Shown one piece after another: positions 30,071 to 40,804 of a DNA stretch of 64,000 nucleotides. A program made the translations under genes and the position numbers. The number at the start of each line of letters is the position of its first letter. Within the stretch, counting starts at the first letter, position 1. The DNA comes from a bacterium (lineage in GTDB: Bacteria; SAR324; XYD2-FULL-50-16), in the NCBI GenBank assembly GCA_032250835.1, contig JAVVEA010000012.1:52517-116516 (forward strand). Reading direction: 5' to 3'. Under the pieces are notes generated by a model that saw nothing but the letters and a program-made list of their open reading frames with translations, was not told where the DNA came from and searched no databases.

Positions 30071-32739
30071 TAGAGGGTGGCGCTGGTTTCAAGCCGCTGG
30101 TAAGATTCCAAAATATCTCCAACCCGCAGGTCCTTGAAGTTCTGGATGCCAATACCGCACTCAAAGCCCTGAGCCACTTCCTTGGCGTTTTCCTTAAACC
30201 GCTTGAGGCTCGACAGCTTCCCATCGTGGATCAAGACGTGGTCGCGGAAGACCCGAACAGGACTGTCGCGGACGAACTTGCCTTCGGTCACCTTGGTACC
30301 GGCGATTAAGCCGACTTTGGGGATGTTGAAGACTTCTAAGACCTCGGCTTTGCCTTGGATCTCCTCGCGGATGATCGGCTTGAGCATGCCTTCAAGTGCC
30401 TTGGTTACGTCTTCGATGGCATCGTAGATAACCGAGTAAAGCCGGATTTCCACGCCCTCTTCGCTGGCCGCCTGTTTGGCCCCTTGGTCTGGGCGGATGT
30501 TGAAGCCAATCACGATGGCCTTACTGGCCACCGCTAACATCACGTCGCTGCGGGCAATGGCCCCCACCGCCGAGTGGATCACCCGAACGGCCACTTCTTC
30601 GTTGCCCAACTTAGCCAAAGAATCCGAAAGCGCTTCCATCGAGCCGACGACGTCGGTTTTGATGATCAAGTTCAGTTCTTTGGTCTCCGAAGCGGCATCT
30701 TCGAACAGGTTCTCTAAGCGGACCTGATTCTGTTTGGCCTGCTGGGATTCTTTTTCCTTCTGGGCCCGAGATTCGGCAATAGAGCGGACCTGTTTTTCGT
30801 CGCTGCCGACAATGAACTGGTCACCGGCCTTGGGCAAGCCGTTGAGGCCGACGATCTCCACGGGGATCGCGGGACCGGCCACCGTAATGGGCTGGCCCAA
30901 ATCATTCCACATGGCCCGGACGCGGCCATACTCGGAACCGACTACATAGTTGTCGCCGATCTTGAGGGTACCGTTCTGGATCAATACCGTGGCGATGTTG
31001 CCCCGTCCTTTTTCCAGTTTCGACTCAATCACCACCCCGGCCGCTTCGCGGTTAGGGTTGGCTTGAAGCTCCATGACTTCAGCTTGCAGCTCAATGGCCT
31101 CAAGAAGCTCTGGAATCCCTTCGCCGCTGTGCGCACTGACTTTGATCATGACAATGTCACCACCAAAGGACTCAGAGACCAGCTCATGGGACATCAGCTC
31201 TTGGATCACCTTGTCTGGATTAGCACCCGGTTTGTCGCATTTGTTGATGGCCACGATGATGGGCACTTCGGCCGCTTTGGCGTGGTGGATTGCTTCAACC
31301 GTCTGGGGCCTCGGGCCATCGTCAGCGGCCACTACCAAGATCACGATGTCGGTGGCGTTAGCACCACGGGCACGCATGGCCGTAAAGGCTTCGTGGCCCG
31401 GCGTATCCAAGAAGGTGATCTCACCGCCCTGGAAGTTTACGTGGTAAGCGCCAATATGCTGGGTAATACCGCCCGCTTCGCCTTGCGTTACGTTGGTCTT
31501 GCGGATCTTATCGAGCAAAGAGGTCTTGCCATGGTCGACGTGTCCCATGATGGTCACTACCGGAGACCGAAGCACCATGTCTTCAGGAGCGTCTTGGGCC
31601 GTCTCCAGACTATCTTCAATGGTGGTGGCGTCAAACTTGATGCTCACACCATGCTCTTCGGCCACCAACTGGGCAGTTTCGCCGTCGATAGCCTGGGTGA
31701 TGGTGGCCATGATGCCTAGATTGATCAAGGTCTTGATGATGTCCGGAGCGCGGACGCCAATCATGCCGGCCAAATCGCCGATGGTGATGCTCTCACCGAC
31801 CACAAGATCCTTTTTGCGGGGCTGGAAAGTGTGTTTGACCTTAGGCTCGCGGCGGGCTTTCGGGGTCATGAACTTGGTTACCCGCTTCTTGTTGCCGCCA
31901 ATAGGGCGGTCGTCGCGGTCCAAGTCAACCTTGGCCAAGTTCTTGTGGGCTCCGCCCTTGGCGTCAAAGCGGTCGCGTTTGAGCGCGGCTTTCTTGGGCT
32001 TAAGGGCCTGTTCTTCGTCAAAGATGCGGCGGGCTTCCTTGCGGCGGGCCGTTTCGGCTTCGTCTTCTATGGTCGGCTCAATGGCGTTGACTTCACCTTT
32101 GACTACCGTGGTGTTCTTGCCTTTGGCTTCGACCACTTGGATTTGCACCTTGCCGTCTGCGCCGGTGACCGAGGTAACCTTGCGGATACCTCCGGCCTTG
32201 CGGGGCTTGTGCAGGCCGCGGTGGTCGAGTTCGTCAACGACCTGGACCGGTGCCGCACTTTTGTCTCGGGGCGGTTCGGCCTTTTGAGCGGGCTCAGCTT
32301 CGGCTTCACGGGCCTCTTCTTCGGACGCCTCGGCCTGGATTTCGGTTGCTTCGTTGGTTTCTTCGACCGCTTCGGTCTCGGCTACCTCTTCGGCGTCCTC
32401 GGATTCGGCGGAACCTTCGGGCGAAGCCTTAGTTTCCTCTTCTTCCTCTTCCCCTTCTTTGGCGTTTTTGCGGCGAACCCGCTTGACGCCATCTTCGTCT
32501 TTTTTGATTGAAATGATCCGGCGCATCCGACGCGGGCCATCGCTCAGCTCCAGCTTGGAACCTTCCTCTGCACTGCCGCCGCCGGGGCTTTTGTGGGAAC
32601 TACGGATCTTGGCAACTTCTTCATCGGTGAAGGTGGAGAAACTGCTTTTTGCCGAGATTCCCATCTTACTGGCCAAGGCGATCAAGTCCTTGCTCTGGAT
32701 ATCCAGCTCTTTTGCTAATTCGTAAACTCTGAGGGCCAT
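30070..32739 (-). CDS. infB: Translation initiation factor IF-2
   Basis: [35 protein letters not shown]. Confidence 0.98.
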   Translation of the reverse strand: MALRVYELAKELDIQSKDLIALASKMGISAKSSFSTFTDEEVAKIRSSHKSPGGGSAEEGSKLELSDGPRRMRRIISIKKDEDGVKRVRRKNAKEGEEEEEETKASPEGSAESEDAEEVAETEAVEETNEATEIQAEASEEEAREAEAEPAQKAEPPRDKSAAPVQVVDELDHRGLHKPRKAGGIRKVTSVTGADGKVQIQVVEAKGKNTTVVKGEVNAIEPTIEDEAETARRKEARRIFDEEQALKPKKAALKRDRFDAKGGAHKNLAKVDLDRDDRPIGGNKKRVTKFMTPKARREPKVKHTFQPRKKDLVVGESITIGDLAGMIGVRAPDIIKTLINLGIMATITQAIDGETAQLVAEEHGVSIKFDATTIEDSLETAQDAPEDMVLRSPVVTIMGHVDHGKTSLLDKIRKTNVTQGEAGGITQHIGAYHVNFQGGEITFLDTPGHEAFTAMRARGANATDIVILVVAADDGPRPQTVEAIHHAKAAEVPIIVAINKCDKPGANPDKVIQELMSHELVSESFGGDIVMIKVSAHSGEGIPELLEAIELQAEVMELQANPNREAAGVVIESKLEKGRGNIATVLIQNGTLKIGDNYVVGSEYGRVRAMWNDLGQPITVAGPAIPVEIVGLNGLPKAGDQFIVGSDEKQVRSIAESRAQKEKESQQAKQNQVRLENLFEDAASETKELNLIIKTDVVGSMEALSDSLAKLGNEEVAVRVIHSAVGAIARSDVMLAVASKAIVIGFNIRPDQGAKQAASEEGVEIRLYSVIYDAIEDVTKALEGMLKPIIREEIQGKAEVLEVFNIPKVGLIAGTKVTEGKFVRDSPVRVFRDHVLIHDGKLSSLKRFKENAKEVAQGFECGIGIQNFKDLRVGDILESYQRLETSATL

Positions 32740-32790
32740 AAATCGGTTTTCCTGGTTGTCGGGAGGCCGGGGCAGCGGATCGCTGCCGGA

Positions 32791-34092
32791 TCAGCCCTTG
32801 TCTGCTTCGTCTTCTGCGCTTCCTTCTTCTTTCTTCTGCGGTTCGGGCTCGCTGGCCTCGGGAGTTTCTTCGGCAGGGGCTTGGGGGGCCTCGGCTTCGG
32901 GAACTTCGGGGGGCGTTTCCATCTCCGGTTCGTTCACTTCGACCTGATTCATACTAAAGGTCTGTTCCACTGCCGGTTCGCCGACCTGGATCGGTTCGGG
33001 CTCGCCTTCTGCAGCAGCAGCGGCGCGGGCTTCATGTTCCTCGAAGGGATCATAAGTTTCCCAAGCACCAATGTTAATCGAAACGTTGGTCAGCTTGCTG
33101 GCCAGACGCACGTTTTGGCCTTGCTTGCCGATGGCCAGCGAGAGTTGGTCGGGCATAACCTTAATGTCGGCGACCCTTTCCTCTTCGTCCAGCGTCATTT
33201 CGATGATTTCTGCCGGAGCCAATGCATTGGCAATGTATTGGGTCAATTCTTCGGCGTATTCGATCACGTCGATCCGCTCACCGCTTAACTCGCTAACCAC
33301 TGCTTGGATGCGTGAACCGCGTACGCCCACACAGGCACCTACGGGGTCTACGTCTACATCATTGCTGCGGACCGCAACTTTAGCGCGGCGGCCGGGCTCA
33401 CGGGCCGCCCCCATGACATCGATGATCCCGTCAAAGACCTCGGGGACCTCTACTTCCATCAGCTTCATCAAGAAGTTAGGATGGGTACGAGTCAAGACCA
33501 ACTGGGGCCCGCGACCTTCCGTGCGGATTTCCAGCAGCAAGGCGCGGATGTTGTCGCCGGGCTGAAGCTTCTCGACCGGAATTTGTTCGCGGCGCTCTAA
33601 GGCGGCCTCAACGGTATGGCCGATCATCACGATCACGCGGTTGCGCTCAACGCGGGCAACCTGTCCATGGATGATTTCGCCGACCTTTTCGCGGTATTTC
33701 TCCAAGATCGATTCGCGCTCGGCCTCGTTGATCTTCTGGAAAATCAGCTGGCGGGCGGTTTGGGCGATCACATTTTGGAACTCGGCCACATCAATCCCAA
33801 ATTCCACCTCGTCGCCTGCTTCGGCTTCGGGGTCCAGTTGCCGGACTTCGGCCAGGGCGATTTGGTTGTGCGGGTCCTCCACCTTTTCGGCGACGGTCTT
33901 AAAGTACATCAGCTCGACTTCGCCGGTCTTTTTGTCTAAGACCGCCTCAATGTTTCGGTAGTGCTTGTACTTCTTGTACGCCGCACCGACGATAGCGTCT
34001 TCGATGGCTTCGATGATGATATCCTGATCCAAGCCGCGCTCGTGGCTCAGTTCAACGATGGCTTCAATCAATCCAGCGTTGTTGGATTTCAT
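32791..34092 (-). CDS. nusA: Transcription factor NusA with acidic tail
   Basis: AREPGRRAKVAV, DPVGACVG, LAIGKQGQNVRLA. Confidence 0.97.
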   Translation of the reverse strand: MKSNNAGLIEAIVELSHERGLDQDIIIEAIEDAIVGAAYKKYKHYRNIEAVLDKKTGEVELMYFKTVAEKVEDPHNQIALAEVRQLDPEAEAGDEVEFGIDVAEFQNVIAQTARQLIFQKINEAERESILEKYREKVGEIIHGQVARVERNRVIVMIGHTVEAALERREQIPVEKLQPGDNIRALLLEIRTEGRGPQLVLTRTHPNFLMKLMEVEVPEVFDGIIDVMGAAREPGRRAKVAVRSNDVDVDPVGACVGVRGSRIQAVVSELSGERIDVIEYAEELTQYIANALAPAEIIEMTLDEEERVADIKVMPDQLSLAIGKQGQNVRLASKLTNVSINIGAWETYDPFEEHEARAAAAAEGEPEPIQVGEPAVEQTFSMNQVEVNEPEMETPPEVPEAEAPQAPAEETPEASEPEPQKKEEGSAEDEADKG

Positions 34093-34116
34093 GGGGCTCC
34101 TTCAGAGAGTTCCGTT

Positions 34117-34590
34117 TTAAAACAGCTTGGGCTCAAGGGACAACTTTTTGATGTTCTCTCTTTCCAGGTTCAGAGTCCTCTGATCCGATTCAAGAGTGAT
34201 GCTGACTTGCCGGTCGTCGAAGCCTTCCAGGCGGCCAATCAATTGGTTGTTCCCCTCAATGGGCGTTATGAGTTTCACCTTCACTCGTTCCTGCTGGTGG
34301 CGTAGCAGGTCCTTATCTTTCTTAAGAACCCGAAACAAGCCCGGTGACCCCACTTCGAGTTGGTACTCAAAGGGGAAGGGATCCTCGACGTCTAACAGAG
34401 GCGAGATCATGCGTGAGATCTCGGCACAGTCGTCGATCAGAATCCCGCCGGGTTTATCCACCAGCAACGAGAAAATTTGGGTCTTGCCCTGGCTGCCCAG
34501 TTCCATGTCCACCAGGTCAAATCCTTTGGCCTCCAATAACGGGAGGATCAAGGTTTCTAGCTGTTCGTATTGTAGTTCGGTCAAGGACAT
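34117..34590 (-). CDS. rimP: Ribosome maturation factor RimP
   Basis: IDDC..SR, LDVEDP, YQLEVGSPG; upstream of nusA. Confidence 0.95.
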   Translation of the reverse strand: MSLTELQYEQLETLILPLLEAKGFDLVDMELGSQGKTQIFSLLVDKPGGILIDDCAEISRMISPLLDVEDPFPFEYQLEVGSPGLFRVLKKDKDLLRHQQERVKVKLITPIEGNNQLIGRLEGFDDRQVSITLESDQRTLNLERENIKKLSLEPKLF

Positions 34591-34752
34591 GCTTCAGATA
34601 CCGTTGGGCCGGGCCTATAAGCTCGACTGAATTTCCAAAAGTAGCATGCACCTAACTCTTAGGCAACCGCCTTTTTCCTAGCCCGAATTACTTAAGAAAA
34701 AGGGGTTGTAAAGAAGGGCGGCGGGCCAGTTGGAGCGGTTATGTTTGGCGGG

Positions 34753-35409
34753 TTAAAAAGCCCAGCCTAAGGTAAAGATGGCCGCGCCGCCCAGGCCGGA
34801 GATTTGGTTCATCGTCTGGCCCATCAGGTCAAACTCTTCTTGGGCGGTGGCGGTGTCGATGCCGGTGTTGCTGGTGATCGTATAGCTGTGCTTTCCCGAA
34901 AGAACCGATTCAGCGACGAACCAATCGGCACCAATGTAAAAGCCCGCGTCGAATAACCAAATATTACCGATCCCAAAAGAGGCCACCTGAGCTTCGGCCT
35001 TGATGTTAGCCTTGGCGGTGTAGGTTGCGGTGCTGTAAGTACTGGTCCAAACTTCGGTATAGGTGCCCGTTGCGTCCCAGGTCCTTTGGTGATAGCCCGC
35101 CTTGAGGTAAAAGCTATTGCCGACAAACCAACGAGCCCAGGCACCTTGGTTAGAATAGGTCAGACTAACGTCCGAGCCCTCTACGGTATCCGTATAGGTT
35201 TGCTCGCCAGAGTCTACCCCGAAGACAAAATTGTCGGTCAAGGAAATACCCATATGCAACGGAGGGGCGGCAACGGTGGGCACATGGACCCCAACGGGTT
35301 GGTACCCAATCCACAAAAGGGTGTCTTTACGGTTAGAGGCCGAGTCGGCTGCCCAAGCAGAGGTGGAAGCAACCATTAAAATAAAAAAAGCCAAGGTCCA
35401 TTTGCGCAT
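34753..35409 (-). CDS. Hypothetical outer-membrane beta-barrel protein (paralog A)
   Basis: Signal peptide AWA-A, amphipathic strands, C-terminal LGWAF. Confidence 0.7.
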   Translation of the reverse strand: MRKWTLAFFILMVASTSAWAADSASNRKDTLLWIGYQPVGVHVPTVAAPPLHMGISLTDNFVFGVDSGEQTYTDTVEGSDVSLTYSNQGAWARWFVGNSFYLKAGYHQRTWDATGTYTEVWTSTYSTATYTAKANIKAEAQVASFGIGNIWLFDAGFYIGADWFVAESVLSGKHSYTITSNTGIDTATAQEEFDLMGQTMNQISGLGGAAIFTLGWAF

Positions 35410-35536
35410 GGTCAATCTCTCGATTACGTTGATCTTGAGGCCCTATGATAAGGCCTTTTTTTTTGCAATACAAGGGTGTTTGGGGTTTAATTCCTAGGTA
35501 AAATGTCTGGGTTTCGCCTAGCCTTGCTTGGGCGCT

Positions 35537-36199
35537 TTAAAAATAAAAACCCAAAGTCAATACCGCTAGGCCGGGGCCGGTCATCACGTCATGGTGCAGT
35601 TTTGCGCGCTCCTCTATGGCTCTTTGGGCCTCTGCGTCCGAGCCGTATCCGAAGTAACTGACGACATCTCCGCTATAGCTTGAGGAAAGGGGCTTGGTGA
35701 AGACCGCCCAGTCAACGCCCAAGTAAAAGTGGCTATCAAAGTGCCAGAGGTTGCCAAAGCCAAAAGAGGCCAGTTTGGCCTCGCCTCGGGTGACGCCGTC
35801 TACGTCTTCCCAGAGACTATTGATGTTTCCAAAGAGCCACAAACCCTGGTTTGAGGTCCGAAATTGCCACTTGCGTTGATGATAGCCCAGCTTGAAATAG
35901 AAGCTGTTGCCGGTAAAAAGGCGCAACCAATAGCCCTGGGTCTCGTAGTAGAAAGAGCTGTCGGCTGCTTCATCGAGCGCCCCAGGCTGGTTTTTTTCCA
36001 CACCAAATATTAAGTTTTCACCCAACCCAATCCCCAGATGACCGGTCGGACCGATCAAGTCCGGGATATCCATCCCGATAGGCTGTATGCCAAGGTATAA
36101 AGTGGCGTCTTTGCGGTTGCTGGCTGAATCGGCAGCAAAGCTGCTGGTAGAAAAAGAGCTCAGGCACAATAACAGGGCCCCTAGCTTAAAATAGTTCAT
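35537..36199 (-). CDS. Hypothetical outer-membrane beta-barrel protein (paralog B)
   Basis: Shares ADSASNRKD, GNSFYxKxGYHQR, GNxWxF and GxDW with paralog A; C-terminal LGFYF. Confidence 0.7.
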   Translation of the reverse strand: MNYFKLGALLLCLSSFSTSSFAADSASNRKDATLYLGIQPIGMDIPDLIGPTGHLGIGLGENLIFGVEKNQPGALDEAADSSFYYETQGYWLRLFTGNSFYFKLGYHQRKWQFRTSNQGLWLFGNINSLWEDVDGVTRGEAKLASFGFGNLWHFDSHFYLGVDWAVFTKPLSSSYSGDVVSYFGYGSDAEAQRAIEERAKLHHDVMTGPGLAVLTLGFYF

Positions 36200-36301
36200 A
36201 ACCTTACCTTCCCGATTGTTGCCGCCTACCTAACTTGACGCCCAATCCCTGGATCGGTCACTTGGGGGCAAATCTTTAATCAAATATCGTAAGGTAATGA
36301 A

Positions 36302-36898
36302 TTAAAAGGAGTATCCGAAGGATAGCTCGGCCAGGCCGGGATAGCCCCAAAGATTGCGCAGTTCGTCAGCCTGGGAAGCTACTTGGTTATTGATGGCGGC
36401 GTTTTGGGAGGCCGCCTGGTAGCTTTGGGTGAAGTTGAGGCGGTGGTTGTAAACCGCCCAGTCCAGCGAGATCACCCAACGGGCCCCGAAGTGCCACTGA
36501 TTGCCCGCACCGAGGCTGACCCGCCACGCCTCGGCTTGGGCTTGGTAGGCCGCGGAGCCCAGGCTCTCGTTCCATTGGCCTTGCATACGGCTCAGCCCGG
36601 CCTTAAGGTTGGTGGTCTCGCCCCAAAACCAGCGCCCCCAAACCCCGGCCTCGTCGAGGTCATAGCGGACGCCGGAACGCCGGTAGTCCGGTTCTTGGGC
36701 GTATTTGATCCCCGCCAACCAGTCAGGCCCCCAAAAGGCCCCTAAATAGAGCGGGCGGCTGTCGCGCTCCATACTGACCCAGGCATCAACGCCCAGGGCG
36801 GCAAAATATTGGCGCTCGGACCGGTTCTGGGCCCATCCGCCGGCCGAAGCGCTCAGGCTCCAACCAACGAAGATCAGGACCAAAGCCAGCGGCCTCAT
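36302..36898 (-). CDS. Hypothetical outer-membrane beta-barrel protein (paralog C, divergent)
   Basis: Signal peptide; WGRWF, GNQWHF, DW, PGLA; C-terminal FGYSF; overlaps the tex stop. Confidence 0.65.
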   Translation of the reverse strand: MRPLALVLIFVGWSLSASAGGWAQNRSERQYFAALGVDAWVSMERDSRPLYLGAFWGPDWLAGIKYAQEPDYRRSGVRYDLDEAGVWGRWFWGETTNLKAGLSRMQGQWNESLGSAAYQAQAEAWRVSLGAGNQWHFGARWVISLDWAVYNHRLNFTQSYQAASQNAAINNQVASQADELRNLWGYPGLAELSFGYSF

Positions 36899-39156
36899 TT
36901 ATTGAACTTAGCGGCTAAGGCGGCCAAGTCGGCCTTAAAGTCGCCGGTCGCTTGGGGCGCTTGGGCTTTAGGCTGGGCCTTGGGGCGTCCTGCGCCGCGA
37001 GCCGAACCGGACTGACCGCCTCCGCTGCCCGTTTGGCGTGCACTGAGGGCGATCCGCTGGCGCTCTAGGTCCACACTCAAAACCCGCACCTTGATCACCT
37101 GACCCACCGAACAGACCTCAGCGGGGTCCTTGATGAACCGGTCGGCCAGTTCCGAGAGATGCACCAAGCCGTCTTGGTGGACCCCTAGGTCCACAAAGAC
37201 GCCGAAGTGGGTCAGGTTGGTGACGGTGCCTTCTAGCTCCATGCCCGGTTCAAGGTCCTTGATATCTTGGATGCTGTCGTCTAATTGGGCGGCCACAAAT
37301 TCCTGGCGCGGGTCCCGGCCCGGCTTTTTGAGTTCTTCGATGATGTCCACCAGCGTGGGCAAGCCCACCTCGCCGCCCACATACTTTTGTTTGTCTAGCT
37401 TGGCTAGCGCCGCTTCGTTGCCGATCAACTCGCCAACGGCCAGCCCTAAATCCTTGGCCATCTGGCGCACCAGCCCATAATTCTCGGGATGTACCGCCGA
37501 GCGGTCTAAGGGCTCGCTACCTTCAATGATCCGTAAAAAACCCGCCGCCTGCTCAAAGGTCTTGGGGCCAAAACGAGGGACCTTCTTGAGGGCCGCGCGG
37601 CTTTCAAACCCGCCTGCTTGGTCGCGGTGGGTCACAATGGATTTGGCTAAATTGGCGTTGAGACCGGCCACGTAAGAGAGCAACGGGGCCGAAGCGGTGT
37701 TTAGGTTCACCCCCACATGGTTCACGCAGCTTTCTACGGTGTCGTCGAGCCGCTTCTTTAACAGCCGCTGGTTCACGTCATGTTGGTACTGCCCGACGCC
37801 GATGGACTTGGGGTCGATTTTGACCAACTCGGCTAAGGGGTCTTGGAACCGGCGGGCGATAGAGATGGCCCCGCGCAAGGTCAGGTCCAGGTCCGGGAAC
37901 TCTTCACGGGCAATGTCTGAGGCCGAATAGATCGACGCGCCGGACTCGTTGACAAAGATAGGCCGGAGTTTGTCGGTGAGGCCCTCGTCGGCGATGAAGG
38001 CCTTCAAAAAGGCCATCACCTCGCGGCTGGCGGTGCCGTTGCCCAAGCAGACCACCTCGGCCCCATATTGCTTGACCAGCGACTTGAGCACCGCCCGGCT
38101 TTGGGGGACCTGTTTCTGGGGCTCTACGGGGTAAATAGCCCCATGGTCCAGCAACTTCCCGTTGCCGTCGACCACCACCCACTTGGTGCCGGTACGAAAG
38201 CCCGGGTCCAGGCCAATGGTCACCTTGGCCCCACCCAAGGGAGCCAGTAGCAGGTCGCGCATGTTTTTGCCGAAGATCCCAATGGAGTCTTCGTCGGCCC
38301 GTTCCTTCAGCTCTAAGCGCAGTTCCACTTCGATAGTCGAAGAAAGCAACCGGTCCCAGGTGTCGGCCAGCACCAACTCCAACTGGTCCTTATGTTGGGC
38401 CCCACTGGGGAGGAAATGACTGCGCAGGATGTCCAAGACCGCTTCAGCAGGCAGGTCGAGACGCAGGCGCAAGATTTTTTCCTCTTCGCCCCGCCGGATC
38501 GCTAAAAACCGGTGGGCCGGGATCTTGCGGATCGGTTCCTGGTATTCGTAATAGTCGTTGAACTTGGTTTTTTGCTCCGCAAACTCGGGGCGCACCTCGG
38601 TGCGGATTTCGCCTAAGCGGCGGCAGAGGTCGCGGATCGCTTCTTTGGGGGCCGCGTCGTCGGCAAAACGCTCGGCCAATATGTCCCGCGCCCCTTTGAG
38701 CAAAGCCCGGTCCTCGGGCCGTTCTTGGCCTTCGGGGGGTTGGAAGGCGGCCATCCAGGCCTCTAGGTCGCCGCCCTGCAATAACATTTCAGCCAGCGGC
38801 TCTAAGCCCAGCTCCTTGGCGATGGTCGCGCGGGTGCGCCTTTTGGGGCGGTAGGGCAGGTAAAGGTCTTCTAAGGCTTGCTTGGTGGTGGCCCCATGGA
38901 TTTGGGCCTTGAGTTGGTCGGTCAGTTTGCCCTGTTCGACCAGACTGGCTTCGATGGCCTCTTTACGCTGGGCCAATTCGCCTAGGTATTCTAAGCGCTC
39001 TTGGATCTGCCGGATTTGGACTTCGTCTAGGTTACCGGTGCGCTCTTTGCGGTAACGGGCAATAAAAGGTACCGTAGCGCCTTCGCCGAACAGCTCGGCT
39101 ACGCGCTGGACCTGGCCGGGCGTAATGCCCAGCTCAGTTGCGACCAGTTCGATCAT
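36895..39156 (-). CDS. tex: Tex/YhgF RNA-binding transcriptional accessory protein
   Basis: GATVPFIARYRKE, LDPGFRTG, IGVGQYQHD, C-terminal S1 domain; ATG 39156. Confidence 0.95.
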   Translation of the reverse strand: MIELVATELGITPGQVQRVAELFGEGATVPFIARYRKERTGNLDEVQIRQIQERLEYLGELAQRKEAIEASLVEQGKLTDQLKAQIHGATTKQALEDLYLPYRPKRRTRATIAKELGLEPLAEMLLQGGDLEAWMAAFQPPEGQERPEDRALLKGARDILAERFADDAAPKEAIRDLCRRLGEIRTEVRPEFAEQKTKFNDYYEYQEPIRKIPAHRFLAIRRGEEEKILRLRLDLPAEAVLDILRSHFLPSGAQHKDQLELVLADTWDRLLSSTIEVELRLELKERADEDSIGIFGKNMRDLLLAPLGGAKVTIGLDPGFRTGTKWVVVDGNGKLLDHGAIYPVEPQKQVPQSRAVLKSLVKQYGAEVVCLGNGTASREVMAFLKAFIADEGLTDKLRPIFVNESGASIYSASDIAREEFPDLDLTLRGAISIARRFQDPLAELVKIDPKSIGVGQYQHDVNQRLLKKRLDDTVESCVNHVGVNLNTASAPLLSYVAGLNANLAKSIVTHRDQAGGFESRAALKKVPRFGPKTFEQAAGFLRIIEGSEPLDRSAVHPENYGLVRQMAKDLGLAVGELIGNEAALAKLDKQKYVGGEVGLPTLVDIIEELKKPGRDPRQEFVAAQLDDSIQDIKDLEPGMELEGTVTNLTHFGVFVDLGVHQDGLVHLSELADRFIKDPAEVCSVGQVIKVRVLSVDLERQRIALSARQTGSGGGQSGSARGAGRPKAQPKAQAPQATGDFKADLAALAAKFNK

Positions 39157-39169
39157 ATTAACTTGGGGA

Positions 39170-40804
39170 TTAGAGGGTCTTCGCCGCGAGCGGCATCCGC
39201 CAACCGGTGCCAAAGGCCAATTCATGGATCTTAAGGCCCGGAGGTGATTGTTTGCGTTTGAACTCGGCACCGCGCACCTTGCGGATGATGTCCCAGACCA
39301 TCTCGGCATCAAAGCCTTCGTCGATGATCTCCTGCCCGCTTAAGCGCTGTTCGATAAAGCGCAGCAAGATGGCGTCTAAGGTGTCGTAGTCCGGCAGGCT
39401 GTCTTGGTCCTTTTGGTCGGGACGCAACTCCGCCGAAGGGGCCTTGGTGAGGATTTCTTCGGGGATCGGGTTGCCGTGGTGGGCGTTGATCCAGCGCGCC
39501 ATGCGGTAAACCCGGCTCTTGGGCAGGTCGCTGATCACCGCCAGGGCCCCGGCCATATCGCCGTATATGGTGCAGTAACCCACCGAAAGCTCGCTCTTGT
39601 TGCCCGTCGAGAGCAACAACGAATTTTCTTCATTTGAAAGGGCCATCAAGAGGTTGCCACGGATGCGGGCTTGTAGGTTTTCGGCCGTTAGCCCCTGGGG
39701 CTCTGCGCCGAATAGGCCCTTTAGGCTCGCATCAAAGCTGGACATCAACGGGCCGATGGGAACCTCTTTGGCAACCACGCCCAGGCGCTGGGCCAATTCC
39801 TTAGAATCATCCAAGCTGCCTTGGCTCGAGTGGCGCGAAGGCATCATCAAGGCGGTGACGTTCTCGGGGCCTAAGGCGTGCGCGGCGATCACCGCCACCA
39901 GGGCCGAGTCGATCCCGCCCGAAAGACCCAAACAGGCCTTCTTGAAGCCACACTTGTGGATATAGTCGCGCGTACCGGTGACCAGCGCCCCGAAGATTTC
40001 GGCGTCTTCGTCGTATTCAGGTTCCACCACCCCCTGGGGGTCATAGAGGTCTACGATGATCACGTCTTCTTCAAAGAGGCGGCCTTGGGCTAGCTTGTTT
40101 CCTTGACCATCATAGGCCATGCTGCGGCCGTCGAAGATCAGGTCATCGTTGCCACCCACTTGGTTGACGTAGACCAAGGGCACCTTCGACTTCTTGGCAA
40201 TGCTCTGGAGCATCGCTTCCTTTTGTTTGTTTTTGCCCAAAGAAAAGGGCGAACTGGAAAGATTGACCACCACCTCGACCCCCTGAGCCCGTAGATCACT
40301 GAGCGGGTTGGTGGCGTACAGCGGGCTGGCTTTAAAGAGGTGGTCGTTCCAAATATCTTCGCAGATGGTGATGCCCACCATCTTCCCGGCCAGTTCCATG
40401 ATCTGGCTTTCTTTACTCGATTCAAAATAACGGGCTTCGTCGAAGACGTCGTAGTTGGGCAGCAGTTTCTTTTGGAAACTGGCCTTGATCAAGCCTTCAT
40501 GCAGCAAGAAGGTGCTGTTAAACAGCGGTTTGCCCATGCCGCTGAGGTTGAGCTCTGGCGCGCCGACCAGCATAGCCGGGCCGCCGTTTAGGTCTTGAGC
40601 CAAGCGTTCTAGTTGCAGACGGCAGCGGTCGATCAGGGCGTAGTTAAACAGCAGGTCTTTGGCCGGGTAACCGACCAGCGCTAACTCAGAGGTGATGATC
40701 AGGTCCACCGGTTCGGTGATGGTCCGTACTGCCTTGAGGATGCGTTCGGCATTTCCTTCAATGTCCCCAACCAATAGATTGAGCTGCAACAGGGCGATTC
40801 GCAT
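39170..40804 (-). CDS. nadE: Glutamine-dependent NAD+ synthetase
   Basis: Nitrilase domain (ICEDIW) plus GLSGGIDS, ENLQARIRG, TGNKSE, PSAEL. Confidence 0.96.
   Translation of the reverse strand: MRIALLQLNLLVGDIEGNAERILKAVRTITEPVDLIITSELALVGYPAKDLLFNYALIDRCRLQLERLAQDLNGGPAMLVGAPELNLSGMGKPLFNSTFLLHEGLIKASFQKKLLPNYDVFDEARYFESSKESQIMELAGKMVGITICEDIWNDHLFKASPLYATNPLSDLRAQGVEVVVNLSSSPFSLGKNKQKEAMLQSIAKKSKVPLVYVNQVGGNDDLIFDGRSMAYDGQGNKLAQGRLFEEDVIIVDLYDPQGVVEPEYDEDAEIFGALVTGTRDYIHKCGFKKACLGLSGGIDSALVAVIAAHALGPENVTALMMPSRHSSQGSLDDSKELAQRLGVVAKEVPIGPLMSSFDASLKGLFGAEPQGLTAENLQARIRGNLLMALSNEENSLLLSTGNKSELSVGYCTIYGDMAGALAVISDLPKSRVYRMARWINAHHGNPIPEEILTKAPSAELRPDQKDQDSLPDYDTLDAILLRFIEQRLSGQEIIDEGFDAEMVWDIIRKVRGAEFKRKQSPPGLKIHELAFGTGWRMPLAAKTL

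Noticed and set aside
32250-33010. Low-complexity GCTTCG-rich sequence in infB and nusA
   Set aside because: Encodes ordinary Glu/Ala/Pro-rich linkers and is not a DNA repeat element.
24912-34655. Many long plus-strand ORFs opposite fliD, infB, nusA and rimP
   Set aside because: Antisense shadows of real genes caused by codon bias; no motifs or RBS.
39157-39312. N-terminal extension of Tex in the ORF track (likewise HsdM 54262-54453 and SulP 10316-10387)
   Set aside because: Upstream in-frame starts that overlap other genes or lack family similarity.
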